Source of the DNA: Kerstersia gyiorum | GTDB lineage: Bacteria; Pseudomonadota; Gammaproteobacteria; Burkholderiales; Burkholderiaceae_B | NCBI RefSeq assembly: GCF_004216755.1 | Contig: NZ_SGWZ01000004.1 | Span: 148,158 to 157,143 of the forward strand | Direction: 5' to 3' | Length of the DNA stretch: 8,986 bases | In this document: piece after piece, positions 6,659 through 8,986 of the stretch | Layout: each line of letters opens with the position of its first letter | How positions within the stretch are numbered: position 1 is the stretch's first letter | Position numbers and translations under genes: made by a program | Notes under the pieces: generated by a model | Told to the model about the DNA's origin: nothing | Seen by the model: only the letters and a program-made list of their open reading frames with translations | The model's database searches: none

Positions 6659-6688
6659 ATTTTACAGAGACTGCAGCTTTGCTGACAA
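6659..6688 (-). promoter_or_regulatory. Candidate sigma70 promoter for the LysR gene: TTGTCA-N18-TAAAAT (minus strand)
   Basis: On the minus strand the -35 TTGTCA is the complement of 6683-6688, the spacer is 18 nt, and the -10 TAAAAT is the complement of 6659-6664. Its hexamers physically overlap the -10 and -35 of the opposing hca promoter. Confidence 0.35.
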
Positions 6689-6689
6689 T
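6661..6689 (+). promoter_or_regulatory. Candidate sigma70 promoter for hcaEFC: TTTACA-N17-GACAAT
   Basis: -35 TTTACA at 6661-6666, a 17-nt spacer, -10 GACAAT at 6684-6689 (4 of 6 match to TATAAT). The weak -10 is typical of activator-dependent promoters. The hcaE SD AAGGAG is at 6736-6741, 7 nt before ATG 6749. Confidence 0.35.
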
Positions 6690-6748
6690 TTGCCCTCAAG
6701 TGCTGCACAGATCAGCACTGGGAACCATGCAGAACAAGGAGACAAAGC

Positions 6749-8107
6749 ATGTCCAATAGCACGCTGCGGGATATAGAGGCCTTGGTAGATGCGCAAAACG
6801 GCCGCGTCACCCCGTCCATCTATACCGATCCCGAGATCTATGAACTGGAATTGGAAAGGATTTTCGGGCGCTGCTGGCTGTTCCTGGCGCATGAAAGCCA
6901 GATTCCCAAGGCCGGCGATTTCTTCAATACCTATATGGGGGAAGACCCGATTGTCGTGGTGCGCCAGAAGGATGGCTCCATCAAGGCCTTCCTGAACCAG
7001 TGCCGCCATCGGTCCATGCGCGTCAGCTTCGCGGATTCCGGCAATACCCGCGCCTTTACCTGTCCGTACCATGGCTGGTCCTATGGTGTCGATGGTGCCT
7101 TGGTGGAAGTGCCGCTGGAATCCCGTGCCTATCCGCAGGGCCTGTGCAAGGAAAAGTGGGGATTGCAGGAAGTGACCCGCATCGAGACCTACAAGGGCCT
7201 GATCTTCGGCAACTGGGACGCGAGCGCGCCCGGCCTGCGGGAGTACATGGGCGATATCGCCTGGTACCTGGATGGGGTGCTGGATCGCCGCGAAGGCGGC
7301 ACCGAGATCATCGGCGGTCCGCACAAGTGGGTGATCGACTGCAACTGGAAATTCCCGGCAGAGCAATTCGCCAGCGATCAATACCACGCATTGTTCAGCC
7401 ATGCCTCGGCCGTCCAGGTGCTGGGCGCCAAAAGCGAGGCCGACAAGGCGCTGGGTGCAGGCCAGACGGCCAGGCCGGTCTGGGAAACCGCCAAGGATGC
7501 GGTGCAGTTCGGCCAGGATGGACATGGTTGCGGCTTTTTCTTCACGGAAAAGCCGGATGCCAATGTCTGGGTCGACGGCGAAGTGTCGCAGTACTTCCGT
7601 GATACCTACCCGGAAGCGCTGGCGCGCCTGGGCGAGGTGCGTGCCCTGCGCCTGGCCGGCCACAACAACATGTTCCCCACGCTCTCCTGGCTCAACGGCA
7701 CGGCAACGCTGCGGGTCTGGCACCCGAGAGGCCCGAACCAGGTGGAAGTCTGGGCTTTCTGTATCGCCGACAAGGCGGCGCCGGACGACGTGAAGGCTGC
7801 GTTCGAACGCAGCGCAACGCGCGCCTTCGGCCCGGCGGGTTTCCTGGAGCAGGATGATTCCGAAAACTGGGTGGAAGTACAGAAAGTCCTGCGCGGCAAG
7901 CGTGCCCGCAACAGCAAGCTTTGCCTGGAAATGGGGCTGGGACGCGAACGCCTGCGGGAAGATGGCATTCCCGGGGTAACCAACTACATTTTTTCGGAAA
8001 CCGCAGCGCGAGGCATGTACCGCCGTTGGGCCGACCTGCTGTTGTCGGCAAACTGGGAAGAAGTCCAGGAGCGCACCCGCCAATACACCGAGGAGCTGGT
8101 GAAATGA
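6749..8107 (+). CDS. hcaE: 3-phenylpropionate/cinnamate dioxygenase, large (alpha) Rieske oxygenase subunit
   Basis: Rieske motif C85-R-H87 ... C105-P-Y-H108 at nt 7001-7072. Mononuclear iron ligands lie in [22 protein letters not shown] and EQDDSENW. Long runs match my recollection of E. coli HcaE ([45 protein letters not shown]; [36 protein letters not shown]). At 452 aa, it is followed by the beta subunit and ferredoxin genes. Confidence 0.95.
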   Translation: MSNSTLRDIEALVDAQNGRVTPSIYTDPEIYELELERIFGRCWLFLAHESQIPKAGDFFNTYMGEDPIVVVRQKDGSIKAFLNQCRHRSMRVSFADSGNTRAFTCPYHGWSYGVDGALVEVPLESRAYPQGLCKEKWGLQEVTRIETYKGLIFGNWDASAPGLREYMGDIAWYLDGVLDRREGGTEIIGGPHKWVIDCNWKFPAEQFASDQYHALFSHASAVQVLGAKSEADKALGAGQTARPVWETAKDAVQFGQDGHGCGFFFTEKPDANVWVDGEVSQYFRDTYPEALARLGEVRALRLAGHNNMFPTLSWLNGTATLRVWHPRGPNQVEVWAFCIADKAAPDDVKAAFERSATRAFGPAGFLEQDDSENWVEVQKVLRGKRARNSKLCLEMGLGRERLREDGIPGVTNYIFSETAARGMYRRWADLLLSANWEEVQERTRQYTEELVK

Positions 8108-8652
8108 GCACAACCGTGGAAACCATGGAACAAGGCAAGGTGGCCTCGCTGGCGTTGCACCATGAGATCGGGCAGTTCCTCTACCTGGAAGCGGAATTGC
8201 TGGACGACTGGGAGTTTCGCGACTGGCTCGATCTGCTGGCCGAAGACATCGAATACACCATGCGCACGACAGTCAATGCACAGACGCGTGATCGTCGCCG
8301 CAGTGTCCAGCCGCCTACAACCTGGATATTCAATGACACCAAGTTCCAGCTGGAGCGACGCATCGCCCGCCTGGAGACCGGCATGGCCTGGGCCGAGGAG
8401 CCACCGTCGCGCACGCGCCATTTGATTACCAACTTGCGGGTGCGGGAATCGGCACTGCCCGACGAGTACGAGGTGAGGCTGAACTTCATCCTGTACCGGG
8501 CGCAGAAGGAGCGCGACGAGGTGTTCTACGCCGGCATGCGGCAAGACCGGGTGCGCAGGGCGCCGCATGCCGCCGGCTGGCAGCTGTGCCGTCGCCATAT
8601 CACCCTGGACCAGGTTGTGATGACTTCCCATAACCTCAGCGTTCTGTTCTGA
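8104..8652 (+). CDS. hcaF: 3-phenylpropionate/cinnamate dioxygenase, small (beta) subunit
   Basis: The start ATG at 8104 overlaps the hcaE stop (ATGA, 8104-8107), with GAGGAG at 8090-8095. The ORF-track start at 7921 lies inside hcaE and is rejected. The sequence [59 protein letters not shown] ... YRAQKERDE ... TSHNLSVLF matches the ring-hydroxylating beta-subunit family and my recollection of E. coli HcaF. Confidence 0.93.
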   Translation: MSTTVETMEQGKVASLALHHEIGQFLYLEAELLDDWEFRDWLDLLAEDIEYTMRTTVNAQTRDRRRSVQPPTTWIFNDTKFQLERRIARLETGMAWAEEPPSRTRHLITNLRVRESALPDEYEVRLNFILYRAQKERDEVFYAGMRQDRVRRAPHAAGWQLCRRHITLDQVVMTSHNLSVLF

Positions 8653-8660
8653 ACTGTGCG

Positions 8661-8743
8661 GGCCCGGCGTGCAAGTGCAAGCCGGGGCCGGCCGGATCTG
8701 TGACGCATTCTGGCGCCGCTGGCCTGCCGGGCGGCTGGCGCCA
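8661..8743 (+). other. Two GC-rich hairpins in the 115-bp hcaF-hcaC spacer (intercistronic structure)
   Basis: Hairpin A pairs ggcccggc (8661-8668) with gccggggcc (8681-8689), 8 bp with one bulged G. Its 12-nt loop is a tandem GTGCAA GTGCAA. Hairpin B pairs tggcgcc (8711-8717) with ggcgcca (8737-8743), 7 perfect bp, with further imperfect GC pairing inside. It is followed by tattcttc. Confidence 0.4.
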
Positions 8744-8767
8744 TATTCTTCAAGACGAGATTGCCTC

Positions 8768-8986
8768 ATGCCACGTATTGCCGTTTGTCCTGACGACGCC
8801 TTGCCCGAAGGGGAGGCCGTCAAGATAGATTCGCCAGTCAGCCATATTGCCGTGATCCGTTCCGCCGGCGAGCTGTATGCGGTGACGGACCGCTGCAGCC
8901 ATGGCAATGCCTCCATGTCGGAAGGCTATATCGAAGACGATGGGACCGTGGAATGTCCGCTGCACGCGGCGCGTTTCTGTCTCAAG
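8768..8986 (+). CDS. hcaC: Rieske [2Fe-2S] ferredoxin component of the dioxygenase; 3' end outside the window
   Basis: This gene is absent from the ORF track because the window ends before its stop. ATG 8768 opens 73 uninterrupted codons: MPRIAVCPDDALPEGEAVKIDSPVSHIAVIRSAGELYAVTDRCSHGNASMSEGYIEDDGTVECPLHAARFCLK. It has the Rieske ferredoxin ligands C-S-H ... C-P-L-H and matches my recollection of E. coli HcaC (DRCSHGNASMSEGY.EDD.TVECPLHAA.FCLK). The SD is weak. Confidence 0.9.
   Translation, partial: MPRIAVCPDDALPEGEAVKIDSPVSHIAVIRSAGELYAVTDRCSHGNASMSEGYIEDDGTVECPLHAARFCLK

Noticed and set aside
7921-8103. Long N-terminal extension of hcaF (ORF-track start at 7921, 243 aa)
   Set aside because: The extension lies wholly inside hcaE in another frame. 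The family-typical beta subunit begins at the ATG at 8104, which has a GAGGAG SD and ATGA coupling to the hcaE stop.
6662-8113. 483-aa ORF on the minus strand spanning almost exactly the hcaE gene
   Set aside because: This is an antisense shadow ORF of a strongly supported Rieske oxygenase gene. Stop-free antisense frames are expected in GC-rich genes with high GC3. The product is Arg/Ala/Gly/Pro-rich with no recognisable motifs, and no SD is evident.
7984-8916. 310-aa minus-strand ORF across hcaF, the spacer and the start of hcaC
   Set aside because: It is antisense to two well-supported genes and has a low-complexity Arg/Ala/Pro-rich composition. It is the same GC-driven artefact.
1-8986. 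Genomic island, prophage fragment or defence system (restriction-modification, toxin-antitoxin, CBASS, retron and similar)
   Set aside because: I found no integrase, transposase, tRNA, flanking direct repeats or nuclease/ATPase/methylase-like ORFs. No compositional break is obvious by eye. Every sizeable ORF is accounted for by adhesin/envelope, mgtC, LysR or hca functions.

Overview
GC-rich (roughly 60% or more, by eye), gene-dense proteobacterial chromosomal DNA. Codon style and gene content suggest a Betaproteobacterium/Burkholderiales, at low confidence. There are eight protein-coding genes in three blocks, two of them cut by the window edges. (1) + strand: the last ~1,020 codons of a very large trimeric autotransporter adhesin (TAA). 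It is open to the left edge, so the ORF-track start at 131 is an artefact. It is followed by a lipoprotein with a BamE(SmpA/OmlA)-like N-domain and an OmpA_C-like peptidoglycan-binding C-domain, which is the TpgA-type TAA-partner architecture. A clean intrinsic terminator and a separately transcribed 195-aa lipoprotein of unknown function come next. (2) - strand: an mgtC-family gene and a LysR-type regulator. (3) + strand, divergent from the LysR gene: hcaE-hcaF-hcaC (3-phenylpropionate/cinnamate Rieske dioxygenase alpha subunit, beta subunit and ferredoxin). hcaC runs off the right edge and is missing from the ORF track. I saw no tRNA/rRNA, CRISPR array, transposase/integrase or recognisable defence genes, and no convincing wholly new multi-gene system. 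The items most worth a second look are the TAA/TpgA-like pair with its structured intergenic element, the orphan lipoprotein, the recombination-prone TAA repeat array, and the fully overlapping divergent hcaR/hca promoters.
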